Below are positions 29,355 through 38,241 of a DNA stretch of 64,000 bases, in pieces. The position numbers and the translations under genes are program-made. Within the stretch, counting starts at the first letter, position 1; the number at the start of each line of letters is the position of its first letter. The stretch comes from Planctomycetota bacterium (GTDB lineage: Bacteria; Planctomycetota; JAJSAM01; JAJVHW01), in NCBI GenBank assembly GCA_965248445.1, contig CBDFJG010000003.1, forward strand, positions 1,600,001-1,664,000, given 5' to 3'. Below the pieces are notes generated by a model, which did no database searches, was not told the origin of the DNA, and saw nothing but the letters and a program-made list of their open reading frames with translations.

Positions 29355-29578
29355 CCACCGCCACCAGAACCCCGATCGAGTGCGGATCGACCAGCCGCTG
29401 CGGCGAGCTGGTGCTGGAGTCGGTCACCGCCCTTGGGGACTCGCTCGGGGCCCGTCGGGCTGCCCGGCGTAAGGCGAAGCGGGCGAAGGACGAGGCGTTC
29501 GAGCGGCACCGGTCCAGGTGCCCGGCTTGGTTGAGGGAAGCGGAGGCGGCTGCGGTCGCGGGAGGTTCCATTCGATGA
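29351..29578 (+). CDS. Phage-like hypothetical protein
   Basis: GTG 29351 overlaps the previous stop; its own stop overlaps ATG 29575. Confidence 0.55.
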   Translation: MTTATRTPIECGSTSRCGELVLESVTALGDSLGARRAARRKAKRAKDEAFERHRSRCPAWLREAEAAAVAGGSIR

Positions 29579-30570
29579 AGGTCTACGTCGCTTCTTCGTG
29601 GCGCAACACGATCCAGCCGGAGGTGGTTGACGCTCTCCGTACCGCCGGCCACGAGGTCTACGACTTCAGGAACCCGGCTCCGGGCAACAGCGGCTTCGCG
29701 TGGTCGGACCTCGACCTCAAGTGGAAGGAGTGGGACGACCACGCGTACCGGGAGGCGCTGGATCACCCTCTCGCGAGAGAGGGCTTGCGCCTCGACATGA
29801 CGGCGCTCCGCGGATGCGAGGCGTGCGTTCTCGTACAGCCGTGCGGGATCAGCGCACACCTCGAGTTCGGCTGGGCCGTTGGGGCTGGCCGCCTCGGTGT
29901 TGTCCTGCTGCCCGGGGTACGGGAGCCGGAGCTGATGATCAAGATGGCGGACGTTCTCTGCCTGTCGATGGACGAGGTGATCGCGGCGCTGGCGTCGGCG
30001 CCGGAATGCGCCGCGAAGGACGCGCAGCTCGCCATGCAGGAGCCCCCGACGGGCCTCTCTATCGACATGCAGGCCAAGACCGTCGGGGCGCTGATCGGCA
30101 TGGTCTGTCAGGACCTGGATGGCCACGAACCCGCCGAGCTGGAGCGCGAGTTCGGCATCAAGCCCCCGCACCGTGAGTTCGTGTCCGTCCACCTGGGCTT
30201 CCACGCCGAGGCACTCCGCGTCCTCGGTGCGCTCGGGGTGATGGACATCGACGACCGTGGTGGGCGATGCGTACTGGGCGACTCCGTCCGCGAGGACGTG
30301 CTCGACCTGACCGGGGTCATCCCGGGATGGAAGGGTGGACAGGCTCCCCGGATTGAGCCCGCCGTGGCCGCCGCCGCCTCGCAGCCCTCCGCCTACATGC
30401 CGGACTTGTCGTACCTGGCAAACCAGGCGGCCCTAGCCCGCGAGGCGACCGCCTCCGTCCGGCTGGACGGGGAACCGCCCGCCGTCGATGAACGCGCCGA
30501 CCTCGTGGACAGCGCCGGTGTCGGGGCGGAAGAGGACGGGGTGGACGTGCACCCGGGGGAGGGTAGCTGA
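29575..30570 (+). CDS. Nucleoside 2-deoxyribosyltransferase-like domain with C-terminal extension
   Basis: MKVYVASSWRN...GHEVYDF...DMTALRGCEACVLV...SAHLEFGWAVG; GGAGG RBS before ATG 29575. Confidence 0.7.
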   Translation: MKVYVASSWRNTIQPEVVDALRTAGHEVYDFRNPAPGNSGFAWSDLDLKWKEWDDHAYREALDHPLAREGLRLDMTALRGCEACVLVQPCGISAHLEFGWAVGAGRLGVVLLPGVREPELMIKMADVLCLSMDEVIAALASAPECAAKDAQLAMQEPPTGLSIDMQAKTVGALIGMVCQDLDGHEPAELEREFGIKPPHREFVSVHLGFHAEALRVLGALGVMDIDDRGGRCVLGDSVREDVLDLTGVIPGWKGGQAPRIEPAVAAAASQPSAYMPDLSYLANQAALAREATASVRLDGEPPAVDERADLVDSAGVGAEEDGVDVHPGEGS

Positions 30571-30619
30571 TGGGCGCACTCCGGAGCTGCGCCTCGCCCG
30601 AAAGCCCCAAGGTCCCCGC

Positions 30620-30919
30620 GTGAAGTTCCGCGGCACCGAGATGGCCCAGAGCGACGCAGGCCACGGTCTGCACCTGTCCTACTGGGACGAGGACAGCCAG
30701 ACGGACGTGGTCGTGGAGTGCCGCCAAGGCCCGGCGCATGCGCACGTGGGTGGCCCATGGGGGACCGCGTCCGTCCTGCTCCAGCGTCTCCCCGACGAGA
30801 CCCGCGAGGCCGCGTGTCGCCGCGCGCTCGCGGCGATCGAGCGGGTCGTCCCGCCGCAGGAGACCGAGGACCCGTGCAGGTGCCTGATCTGCGAATGGGA
30901 GGTGCTGGGTGTCGGTTGA
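30620..30919 (+). CDS. Phage-like hypothetical protein
   Basis: GTG 30620; C-terminal CRCLIC. Confidence 0.5.
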   Translation: MKFRGTEMAQSDAGHGLHLSYWDEDSQTDVVVECRQGPAHAHVGGPWGTASVLLQRLPDETREAACRRALAAIERVVPPQETEDPCRCLICEWEVLGVG

Positions 30920-31115
30920 CCGCATCCAGGAAGAGGAGGTGCTGGTGCTTCGGCGCGCTGTCGCTGGGGGCGCTCGCGGTTTCTCGACGAGGCGGTGGGA
31001 CGCCACTCCCGTCTGGCACCTGGCGCACAGAGGCTTGCTGCGCTGGGAGCCAAGGCTGATGCGCTACCAGGTGACGACGAAGGGTCGCTCGTGGCTCGGG
31101 GAGCACGACGCGTGA
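30909..31115 (+). CDS. Small phage-like protein, possibly winged helix
   Basis: GGAGG RBS; LAHRGLL...YQVTTKGRSWL pattern. Confidence 0.55.
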   Translation: MSVDRIQEEEVLVLRRAVAGGARGFSTRRWDATPVWHLAHRGLLRWEPRLMRYQVTTKGRSWLGEHDA

Positions 31116-31327
31116 GCGGACCGCGCTACCCGTCGCCAGCGGACATGAAACGGCTTCGGTCGATGGCCCTGGTCGTGGCGGAACTCGGTAGGGATGTGGA
31201 CGTCGAGCACCTCCGAGACATGGACCCCAAGAGCACCGCGTACAAGCTGCTGCGCCGCTGGACTGAGGAGCTGATCTACCGGGACCTGCCGTGGATGCTG
31301 AAGCGGGTGGTGGAGGGTTGGCAGTGA
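31112..31327 (+). CDS. Phage-like hypothetical protein
   Basis: GTGA-coupled; GGAG RBS. Confidence 0.55.
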   Translation: MSGPRYPSPADMKRLRSMALVVAELGRDVDVEHLRDMDPKSTAYKLLRRWTEELIYRDLPWMLKRVVEGWQ

Positions 31328-31560
31328 ACCGCCCCGTGCCCTTCCGAGTCGTCTTCCGTTGCGCGGAGGGGCGGGTGTACGTGCGGCACCACGCGCCGGA
31401 CGGCGAGAACCGGAGGGTGACGGGCCCGTACACCGACATCACGGACGCGTGCATGTACCTCTGTCGCTTCTGGCCTGACCAGGTGCCGATGGTGGAGCGC
31501 GGTTCCCACGGCGAACGCAGGGTCGCGCTGCCGCCACACGCTGAGGAGTGCGACGCGTGA
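31324..31560 (+). CDS. Phage-like hypothetical protein
   Basis: GTGA-coupled; GGAGG RBS. Confidence 0.55.
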   Translation: MNRPVPFRVVFRCAEGRVYVRHHAPDGENRRVTGPYTDITDACMYLCRFWPDQVPMVERGSHGERRVALPPHAEECDA

Positions 31561-31606
31561 AGACGCCACCGCGCGAGATCCTCGCCTCACTCGATCGGAG
31601 ATCCCC

Positions 31607-32175
31607 ATGACCACATGGATCGGCCACTGGGTCGTCGTCCTCCCTCCAGAGGAGCCCCCTCTCTCGAGCTCCATCACGATGGACGTGTTCTCCGAGGCCG
31701 ACAGGGACGCGCTCCTCCGCTGCAAGACGGGCTCCGTGGCCTACCAGGTCGCCGAGCTGCTCAAGGGGAAGGCGGAGCCGTTCCAGCTCGACGAGGACGA
31801 ACAGAAGCCGGGGGAGAAGGGAACCGGTACGTCCCAGGGCGGGGCGCCGGCGGAGGACACAACACAAGGAAGAGATCCGACCGAAGGGGACAACACCGAG
31901 CCCGACCCCGGCACCCCGCCGAACCGATGCTTCTGCGGCCGCCCGAGTCGTCGTCTGAAGGTCGTGTTCTACCGACCCGTGAGCCCTCCTACTCCTTCAC
32001 CTGCCCCTGGTGCGAGAGCCGGATCGAAGTGGCGATCGAGGACACGTACGCGGGCCTTCACGCCGCTCCGAGCCTTCTCGGCTGGGCCTGGGACATGCAC
32101 GTCGTGGAGTACCACGGGATGAAGCCGAAGCGAGAGCGTAGGACCTGGCCGTGGGAGGAGGAGCCGTGTGGCTGA
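31607..32175 (+). CDS. Phage-like hypothetical gene(s); frame ambiguous after about 31980
   Basis: ORF 31607..32122, plus an alternative-frame CPWC-containing tail ending at 32175. Confidence 0.4.
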
Positions 32176-33406
32176 TCCCCTCCGCGTGTTGTCGCTCTTC
32201 TCCGGTATCGGCGGGCTCGACCTCGGGTTCCACGCCGCCGCCCGACGAGTGGATGTCGCTCCTGTCGCAGTCGGCTACGTGGAACGGGAAGCACTCTGCG
32301 CCGCGGTACTGGCGTGCGCGATGGAGGTCGGCGACCTGGCTCCGGCGCCTCTGTTCGTCGGTGACGTTCGAGAGTTCCCTGCCGAGGATCTGGCGAGGGC
32401 GGTGGACGTCGTCCTCGCCGGCTTCCCCTGCCCGCCCGTCTCCGCCGCCGGGAAGCGCGGGGGCATCGACGACGAGCGGTGGCTCTGGCCCGAGGTTGTC
32501 CGCGTGGCTCGAGAGTCTCGGGCTCGCTACATCGCCATCGAAAACCCCGTCGGCATCCTCACGTCCAACGGGGGGCGGGAGTGGGCGGCGGTCCTCGGCT
32601 CGCTGGCCGAAGGCGGGTTCTCTGCGGAATGCACGAGTGTCTCCGCGTCGGATGTCGGAGCGCCGCACGGTCGCGCCCGGGTCTTCCTTCTGGCCCACGC
32701 CCAGGACGATCAGCGGTGGACCGGAGAGCGCGGAGAGGAAACAGGAACTCGGGCGATCGAACGCGGGCGGCGGGGATCTCCAAGCGGCGGTGTTGCTCTG
32801 GCCGACGCCCAGGTCCTCCGACGGGCCGAAGGGCGGCCCGAACCAGCGGGGGAGCAGCGGGGACCTGATGCTGCCGAGTGCGGCGATGGCGTGGCCGACG
32901 CCCCGTGCGAACGAGCGGAACCAGAGCAACTCGCAGGATGCGGGCGTGGCCTTGAGCCGAGCCGTGAACGACTGGCCGACGCCGGGAGCAGCCGACGCCA
33001 AACAGGTCAAGGCGCACAAGGGTGGGAACCCGTCGCTCCACCACGCAGCGTCGTTGTGGCCGACACCGAGCGCGAACGACCACAAGGGCTCGTATCGCCC
33101 GGGCCAGCGCCGCGGCCAACTGAGCGAGGCGGTGGAGACTGGCCCCTGCCCTGGCCTCCCGGCTTCCGAGGAGACGACGACCGATGGGCTGCTGTTCTCG
33201 GCCATCGCCCTGACCTCGCACCCCGTCTGCCGACTGTCGCCGCGCTTTGTGACCTGGCTCCAGGGGTTCCCCCCGGGTTGGTGCGAGCCGTGGAGCAGGC
33301 CATGAGCGACCGCACGTTGAAGCTCCGGGCTCTGGGGAACGCCATCGCGCCAGCGCAGGCAGAGGCGGCGTTCCTTGAGCTTCTGTCTCGGGGGTCCACG
33401 GGATGA
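32168..33406 (+). CDS. DNA (cytosine-5) methyltransferase, alpha chain (motifs I-VIII and X)
   Basis: LSLFSGIGG (I), LAGFPCPPVS (IV), IENPVG (VI), GAPHGRARVF (VIII), LRALGNAIAP (X); motif IX absent from this frame. Confidence 0.9.
   Translation: MADPLRVLSLFSGIGGLDLGFHAAARRVDVAPVAVGYVEREALCAAVLACAMEVGDLAPAPLFVGDVREFPAEDLARAVDVVLAGFPCPPVSAAGKRGGIDDERWLWPEVVRVARESRARYIAIENPVGILTSNGGREWAAVLGSLAEGGFSAECTSVSASDVGAPHGRARVFLLAHAQDDQRWTGERGEETGTRAIERGRRGSPSGGVALADAQVLRRAEGRPEPAGEQRGPDAAECGDGVADAPCERAEPEQLAGCGRGLEPSRERLADAGSSRRQTGQGAQGWEPVAPPRSVVVADTERERPQGLVSPGPAPRPTERGGGDWPLPWPPGFRGDDDRWAAVLGHRPDLAPRLPTVAALCDLAPGVPPGLVRAVEQAMSDRTLKLRALGNAIAPAQAEAAFLELLSRGSTG
32652..33305 (+). CDS. Putative beta chain of the C5 methyltransferase in an overlapping frame (WPTP repeats and motif IX)
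   Basis: ATG 32652 gives MSERRTVAPGSSFWPTP; five WPTP repeats; RLSPRFVTWLQGFPPGW matches motif IX; lies wholly inside the alpha gene. Confidence 0.7.
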   Translation: MSERRTVAPGSSFWPTPRTISGGPESAERKQELGRSNAGGGDLQAAVLLWPTPRSSDGPKGGPNQRGSSGDLMLPSAAMAWPTPRANERNQSNSQDAGVALSRAVNDWPTPGAADAKQVKAHKGGNPSLHHAASLWPTPSANDHKGSYRPGQRRGQLSEAVETGPCPGLPASEETTTDGLLFSAIALTSHPVCRLSPRFVTWLQGFPPGWCEPWSRP

Positions 33407-33452
33407 AGGCGAAGCCGGAGCCCCGCAGGACCTGGCCGTGGGAGGGACGCCG

Positions 33453-34932
33453 ATGAGCGGAGACCTTCGCCGGCCATGGTGCTGCGTCGAGCCGCGGTGC
33501 ACCGCCATCCACCAGCTCGCGAACCGCTCCGACCTGAGCGACGCGCGTCCAGGGGACTCGTTCGCCTGCTTTGGGATCATGCCCCAGCAGATCGTCTTCA
33601 CCTACGACGGCGACCGGCACGAGAACGACCTCCGCTCGTGCGTCTACACACCGCTCAAGGGCATGGTGGCGTGGCAGGAGAACGCCAACGACTGGGCGAT
33701 GATGCGGGACGCCTACACGGCGGCGCTCGCCAAGCTGGAGGACGGTTCGCCGGGGCGTGCCCATCCACCTGAGCCGGACAATCTGTGCGGGTGCGGCGCT
33801 CCGACCAACCCTCGATACGGGTGCGTGGTCTGCGGCGGAACGGGCGAGGTGCCGTCCGGCATCGGGAGCCACTCGGGAGAGCGCCGCGTGACCACCACCC
33901 GCATCCTGGTGGGCGACGTGCTCGACCGCCTCTCGGAGATCCCCGAGTCGTCGATCCACTGTGTTGTCACGTCCCCTCCCTACTGGGGCCTCCGGGACTA
34001 CGGCGTAGAGGGCCAGATCGGTCTGGAGGCGACGCCCGAGGAGTACGTGGAACGGATGGTGGCGGTGTTTCGGGAGGTCCGGCGTGTCCTGCGGGATGAC
34101 GGGACGCTCTGGCTGAATCTCGGGGACTCGTACGCTGGCGCTCGGCGCGGTCCGGAAGGCGACCTGTCCACCCTTCAGGGCAGCCGGAGCTCCCAGGCGG
34201 AGTCGCGCCGCGCGCAGCGGGCGATGACCGCCTCCCGCCGGCGCGATGATCATCCGAGCCCGAGGTCCGACGTCGATGTCGCTGGACTCAAGCCGAAGGA
34301 CATGATCGGGATGCCTTGGCGGGTGGCCCGCGCGCTACAGCTCCCGGACCTACAGTGCGTCGGGTGCGAGAAAGAGGCGCCAGGGGTCCTCTGGGGCCGC
34401 CAACCCTCACGGGGAGGCTTGATCTGCCCGACGTGCTACTGCTCCACCGGGAACAGAGTCGTCCGGCCCGGGTGGTGGCTCCGCTCCTGCATCGTCTGGG
34501 CGAAGCGCTCGTGCATGCCGGAGAGCGTGGCCGACCGGCCGACGACGGCGCACGAGTTCATCTTCCTGCTCACCAAGAGCCCCGCGTACTTCTACGACGC
34601 GGACGCCATCCGAGAGCCCGTGTCGGGCACGGCCCACGCGCGCGGGTCCGGCGTCAACCCCAAGGCGCGCGCGAACGGCGCCAACGTGAAGGGCCAGCGG
34701 ATCAAGCAGAACGAGAGCTTCTCCGCCGCGGTGTCGGGACTGGTCTCATCCAGGAACGCCAGGACCGTCTGGACGATCAACTCGCAGGCGTTCCCGGAGG
34801 CGCACTTCGCGACGTTCCCCGAGGAACTTCCGAAGCGGTGCATCAAGGCGGGGACGAGCGATCGGGGGTGCTGCCCTGGGTGCGGAGCGCCGTGGGAACG
34901 GGAGGTGGAGCGCAGCGGCGCGCCTGAGAAAC
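33453..34932 (+). pseudogene. N6A/N4C DNA methyltransferase (beta class), 3'-truncated by IS3; alternative start GTG 33888
   Basis: ILVGDV, CVVTSPPYWGLRDY, DGTLWLNLGDSY, HEFIFLLTK, AHFATFP. The SAM-binding DPFxGxG motif is missing because IS3 begins at 34933. Confidence 0.85.
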
Positions 34933-34987
34933 TGGAGTTCCCCCGGTTCGGTGGACACCCGACCACTGAGGTTGGGAGGATGTCCAG

Positions 34988-35302
34988 ATGCCCAGATCGA
35001 GACCACCGTACGACGAGGAGTACAAGCGCCAGATCGTCGAGTTGCACCGCGCCGGCCGGAGCGTGATGAGCCTGTGCCGCGAGTTCGAGCCGACGGAGAT
35101 GACGATCCGCAAGTGGATCAAGCAGGCCGCGCTGGACGCCGGAGAGCGTGACGACGGCTTGACCACCGCGGAGCGCGATGAGCTGCGCAAGCTCAGACGA
35201 GATGTGCGCCGGCTGCGCGAGGAGCGCGACATCTTGAAAAAAGCCGCGGCCTGGTTCGCTCGGGAGACGCGCTCGATCCCAGAGAAGGGTTCGGGTTCGT
35301 GA
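34988..35302 (+). CDS. IS3 transposase OrfA
   Basis: HTH region YDEEYKRQIVEL...TIRKW; leucine-zipper-like end ERDILKKAAAWF. Confidence 0.92.
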   Translation: MPRSRPPYDEEYKRQIVELHRAGRSVMSLCREFEPTEMTIRKWIKQAALDAGERDDGLTTAERDELRKLRRDVRRLREERDILKKAAAWFARETRSIPEKGSGS

Positions 35303-36156
35303 GCGATCACCAGGCAGAGCACGACGTGGCCACCATGTGTCGGGTCCTCGGCGTCTCGAGGAGCGGGTACTACGCATCGCGCGGCCGTGCGCCCTCGAAG
35401 AGAGATCGCGAGGACGCTGCCCTGACCGAGCGCGTCCGCGAGATCCACGAGCGCTCTCGCCAGACGTACGGATCACCGCGCATCCATGCCGAGCTGCGCT
35501 ACGAGGGCCTCCACATCGGTAGGAAGCGCGTCGAGCGCCTCATGCGCCAGGCTGGGATCGAGGGCGTGAGCCGCCGCAAGAGAGCCAAGACCACGAAGCG
35601 CTCGCAGCGTCAGGCGCCGGCCGCCGACCTGGTCGATCGCGACTTCACGGCCGACGCACCCGATCAGCTCTGGGTGGCCGACATCACGTACGTGCCGACC
35701 TGGACGGGGTTCCTGTACCTGGCGGTCGTCCTCGACGTCTGGAGCCGCCGGATCGTCGGCTGGTCCATGGCCACGACGCTCCACACCAAGATCGTGCTGG
35801 ACGCACTCGAGATGGCCGTGCGCCAGCGCCAGCCCCTCGGAGTCGTCCACCACTCCGACCAGGGCTGCCAGTACACGTCGCTCGCCTTCGGGCGGCGCTG
35901 CAGAGAAGCGGGCGTCAGGCCGTCCATGGGATCGGTCGCAGACGCCTACGACAACGCCATGTGCGAGAGCTTCTTCGCCACGCTCGAGACCGAGTTGATC
36001 GACCGCACCAGCTTTTCGACCAAGTCCGCAGCGCGGTTGGCGGTGTTCGACTTCATCGAGGGCTTCTACAATCCGCAGCGGCGACACTCCTCCATCGAGG
36101 ACCTGTCGCCCATCGAGTTCGAGAGGCGGCGACGGCCGGAGGCCGCCGTATCATAG
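35299..36156 (+). CDS. IS3 transposase OrfB (DDE)
   Basis: WVADITY, HHSDQGCQY, DNAMCESFF, YNPQRRHS. Confidence 0.95.
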   Translation: MSDHQAEHDVATMCRVLGVSRSGYYASRGRAPSKRDREDAALTERVREIHERSRQTYGSPRIHAELRYEGLHIGRKRVERLMRQAGIEGVSRRKRAKTTKRSQRQAPAADLVDRDFTADAPDQLWVADITYVPTWTGFLYLAVVLDVWSRRIVGWSMATTLHTKIVLDALEMAVRQRQPLGVVHHSDQGCQYTSLAFGRRCREAGVRPSMGSVADAYDNAMCESFFATLETELIDRTSFSTKSAARLAVFDFIEGFYNPQRRHSSIEDLSPIEFERRRRPEAAVS

Positions 36157-36189
36157 TCCCCGGGTGTCCACCGAACCGGGGGAACTCCA

Positions 36190-36563
36190 AGCAGCGCTTC
36201 GCAATAGACGATGTCGGCGCCCGTATTCGGTCTGTACACGGTCACTCCGTGGCTGTTGGGTGCGTCGGAGAGCCTACGACGCCACCCGCCGTTCTCTATC
36301 ACGGGACCCATCGCCGAGCACTGCGTCGGATTCTCCGTGAGGGTATTCGGCCCATGCGCCGGCAACACGTCCACCTGTCCGCAGACGCCACGACTGCCAG
36401 GCACGTCGGCTCACGACGCGGAGACTCGGTCATCTTGCGTGTCGATGCCGCAAGACTCCACGCGAGCGGAGCTCAGTTCTTCGCGTCTACGAGTGGCGTT
36501 TGGCTCACGGCGAGTGTGCTGCCTGCGTACCTACATGTCCTTGCGGGCGCGGACGCGTCCTAA
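36190..36563 (+). pseudogene. kptA: 5'-truncated RNA 2'-phosphotransferase (KptA/Tpt1)
   Basis: QRFAIDDVGARIRSVHGHS...LYHGT...RQHVHLS...GVWLT; N-terminal RH region absent; begins at the IS3 right end. Confidence 0.85.
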
Positions 36564-36693
36564 CGCTCTCGCGCGGCGAGCGATGCGCCAGCATGGTCGG
36601 TCGTGCCCGGGCGGAGTTCGTGTCTCTGCCCGTCAGACGGAGCTCGGTTGGTCCCGTGCGTCGCGCGGAGAGCAGCAAGGTGCAGCCCGAGTG

Positions 36694-38225
36694 GTACCCG
36701 TTCAGCCCTTGGTTCTGAGCTCGGATCCAGATCGCTTTCCGTTCGGTCGATGAATCGGATGTGGGCACCGATGAGCTGCGTGATCTGGTCGAGCGCCTGA
36801 CCCGTCGTCTGGACGCTCGGGACGAGACGATTGCCGAGCAGGCGGAGGTGATCGAGCGGCAGGCGGCACGGATCGACGATCTCGAGAGCCGTCTTCGCCG
36901 GGACTCCCGCACCTCCTCGCGCCCACCGTCCTCGGATCCGTCGTGGTCCAAGAAGCGGCGGCGGCGCAAGCCGCCGTCGGACAAGCGCCAGGGTGCGCAG
37001 CCCGGCCACAAAGGGGCGACGCGCAAGCTCGTGGACGAGTCCGAGGTCGATGGCGTAGAGGACCACCGCCCGCGCGAGTGCAGCGCGTGTGGGAGCGACG
37101 TGCTCGTCCCGATCGATCGCGCCCCGACACGCCAGCAGGTCTTCGAGGTCCCGCCACGGCTGATCCAGGTGACCGAGCACCGGTTGCACCGGGCACGGTG
37201 CACGGACTGTGGCGCCACGTCCACTGCCTCGCTGCCAAGCGGTGTGACGGCGAGTCCCTTCGGCCCGCGACTCTGTGCGCTCACCGCGGCTCTGGTCGGC
37301 GTCTTCCGCCTGTCGCGGCGCGAGACCAGTCGTCTGTTGCGTGACGTCATCGGCGTCTCGATGTCACCGGGCACGGTCAGTGCGATCGAGGAGCGGGTGT
37401 CGGGAGCCATCTCCTCAGCGCACATCGAGGCCCTCGGGGCCGTACGCACGAGCAGCGTCGCCTATGTAGACGAGACACCGTGGTCGCGTCGTGGCACGCT
37501 GCATTGGCTGTGGAGCGCGGTCTGTGAGCACGCCACGGTCCATCGTATCGATCGGCGCAGGAGCGCCAAGGCCATGCGGCGACTCGTGGGCAAGCGCTTC
37601 AGGGGCGTCCTCGTGACCGACCGTATGGGCGCTTACGACCAGCATCCCACCGAGCGCCGCCAGATCTGCTGGGCGCATCTCGAGAGGGACTTTCGAGCGC
37701 TGGCCGAGGGCTCGCGCGGCGGCCGGCGCTTCGGCAAGCAGGCCGTGCGTCTCGCCCAGGCTGTCATGCGAGCTCAGCGTCACTTCGGCGAGCACGGGGA
37801 CCGCGACCGCATGCGGCGTGAGCTGCGTCTCACATGGGACCGACTCCTGACGCTGCTCGTGCGCGGCGCAGACAGCAAGCACCGCCGAGTACGCGGAACG
37901 ACTCGGCATCTGCTCGACCGAGCGGAGGCTCTGTGGACCTTCGCCGACGTCCCTGGCGTCTCCCCGACGAACAACGCCGCTGAGCGCGCGGTGCGCAAGC
38001 CGGTCCTGTGGAGACGCGCAACGCACGGAAGTCAGAGCGAGCGCGGACTCCGCTTCGTCGAGCGCATCCTGACCGTCACCGCCACGCTCCGCCAGCGTGG
38101 CGAGAGCGTCTTCGATTACCTCGCAGACGTCAGCGCGGCACTCGCGCACAACCGCTCGCCGCCGGCTCTCGTCGCGCTCCCGATCACGCGCTGAGGCCGC
38201 GGATCGTCATACCCTGAACGGGTAC
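36694..38225 (+). mobile_element. IS66-family single-ORF element (ISBst12-like), 1532 bp, with 8-bp target duplication
   Basis: Inverted repeat GTACCCGTTCAG...CTGAACGGGTAC; CCCGAGTG at 36686-93 and 38226-33. Confidence 0.95.
36761..38194 (+). CDS. IS66 transposase
   Basis: SSRPPSSD, GAQPGHKG, CSAC/CTDC, VDETPW, QICWAHLER, PTNNAAER. Confidence 0.95.
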   Translation: MGTDELRDLVERLTRRLDARDETIAEQAEVIERQAARIDDLESRLRRDSRTSSRPPSSDPSWSKKRRRRKPPSDKRQGAQPGHKGATRKLVDESEVDGVEDHRPRECSACGSDVLVPIDRAPTRQQVFEVPPRLIQVTEHRLHRARCTDCGATSTASLPSGVTASPFGPRLCALTAALVGVFRLSRRETSRLLRDVIGVSMSPGTVSAIEERVSGAISSAHIEALGAVRTSSVAYVDETPWSRRGTLHWLWSAVCEHATVHRIDRRRSAKAMRRLVGKRFRGVLVTDRMGAYDQHPTERRQICWAHLERDFRALAEGSRGGRRFGKQAVRLAQAVMRAQRHFGEHGDRDRMRRELRLTWDRLLTLLVRGADSKHRRVRGTTRHLLDRAEALWTFADVPGVSPTNNAAERAVRKPVLWRRATHGSQSERGLRFVERILTVTATLRQRGESVFDYLADVSAALAHNRSPPALVALPITR

Positions 38226-38241
38226 CCCGAGTGGGCCCGTC

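Larger units (their letters stand above)
32112..33445 (+). repeat. Imperfect ~50-bp direct repeats (32112-32158 and 33396-33445) flanking the C5 methyltransferase
   Basis: Both copies share CCACGGGATGAAG...CGAAGC...GAGC...AGGACCTGGCCGTGGGAGG (13-bp and 19-bp exact blocks). Confidence 0.85.
28894..34932 (+). mobile_element. Prophage early-region remnant
   Basis: Chain of short co-oriented ORFs linked by ATGA/GTGA overlaps, with a nucleoside-deoxyribosyltransferase-like gene and two orphan DNA methyltransferases. No structural genes; right side cut by IS3. Confidence 0.7.
34933..36189 (+). mobile_element. IS3-family insertion sequence (1257 bp)
   Basis: Perfect 29-bp inverted repeat TGGAGTTCCCCCGGTTCGGTGGACACCCG; TG...CA ends; orfA/orfB with an AAAAAAG slippery site at 35237-43; no target duplication (flanks AAC and AGC). 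Confidence 0.95.

Noticed and set aside
34341..34469. Mini-intein in the methyltransferase
   Set aside because: Too short, and lacks an N-terminal Cys/Ser and C-terminal His-Asn.
36555..36693. Integron attC site after kptA
   Set aside because: TCCTAAC does not fit RYYYAAC, there is no matching GTTRRRY, and the integrase lacks IntI features.
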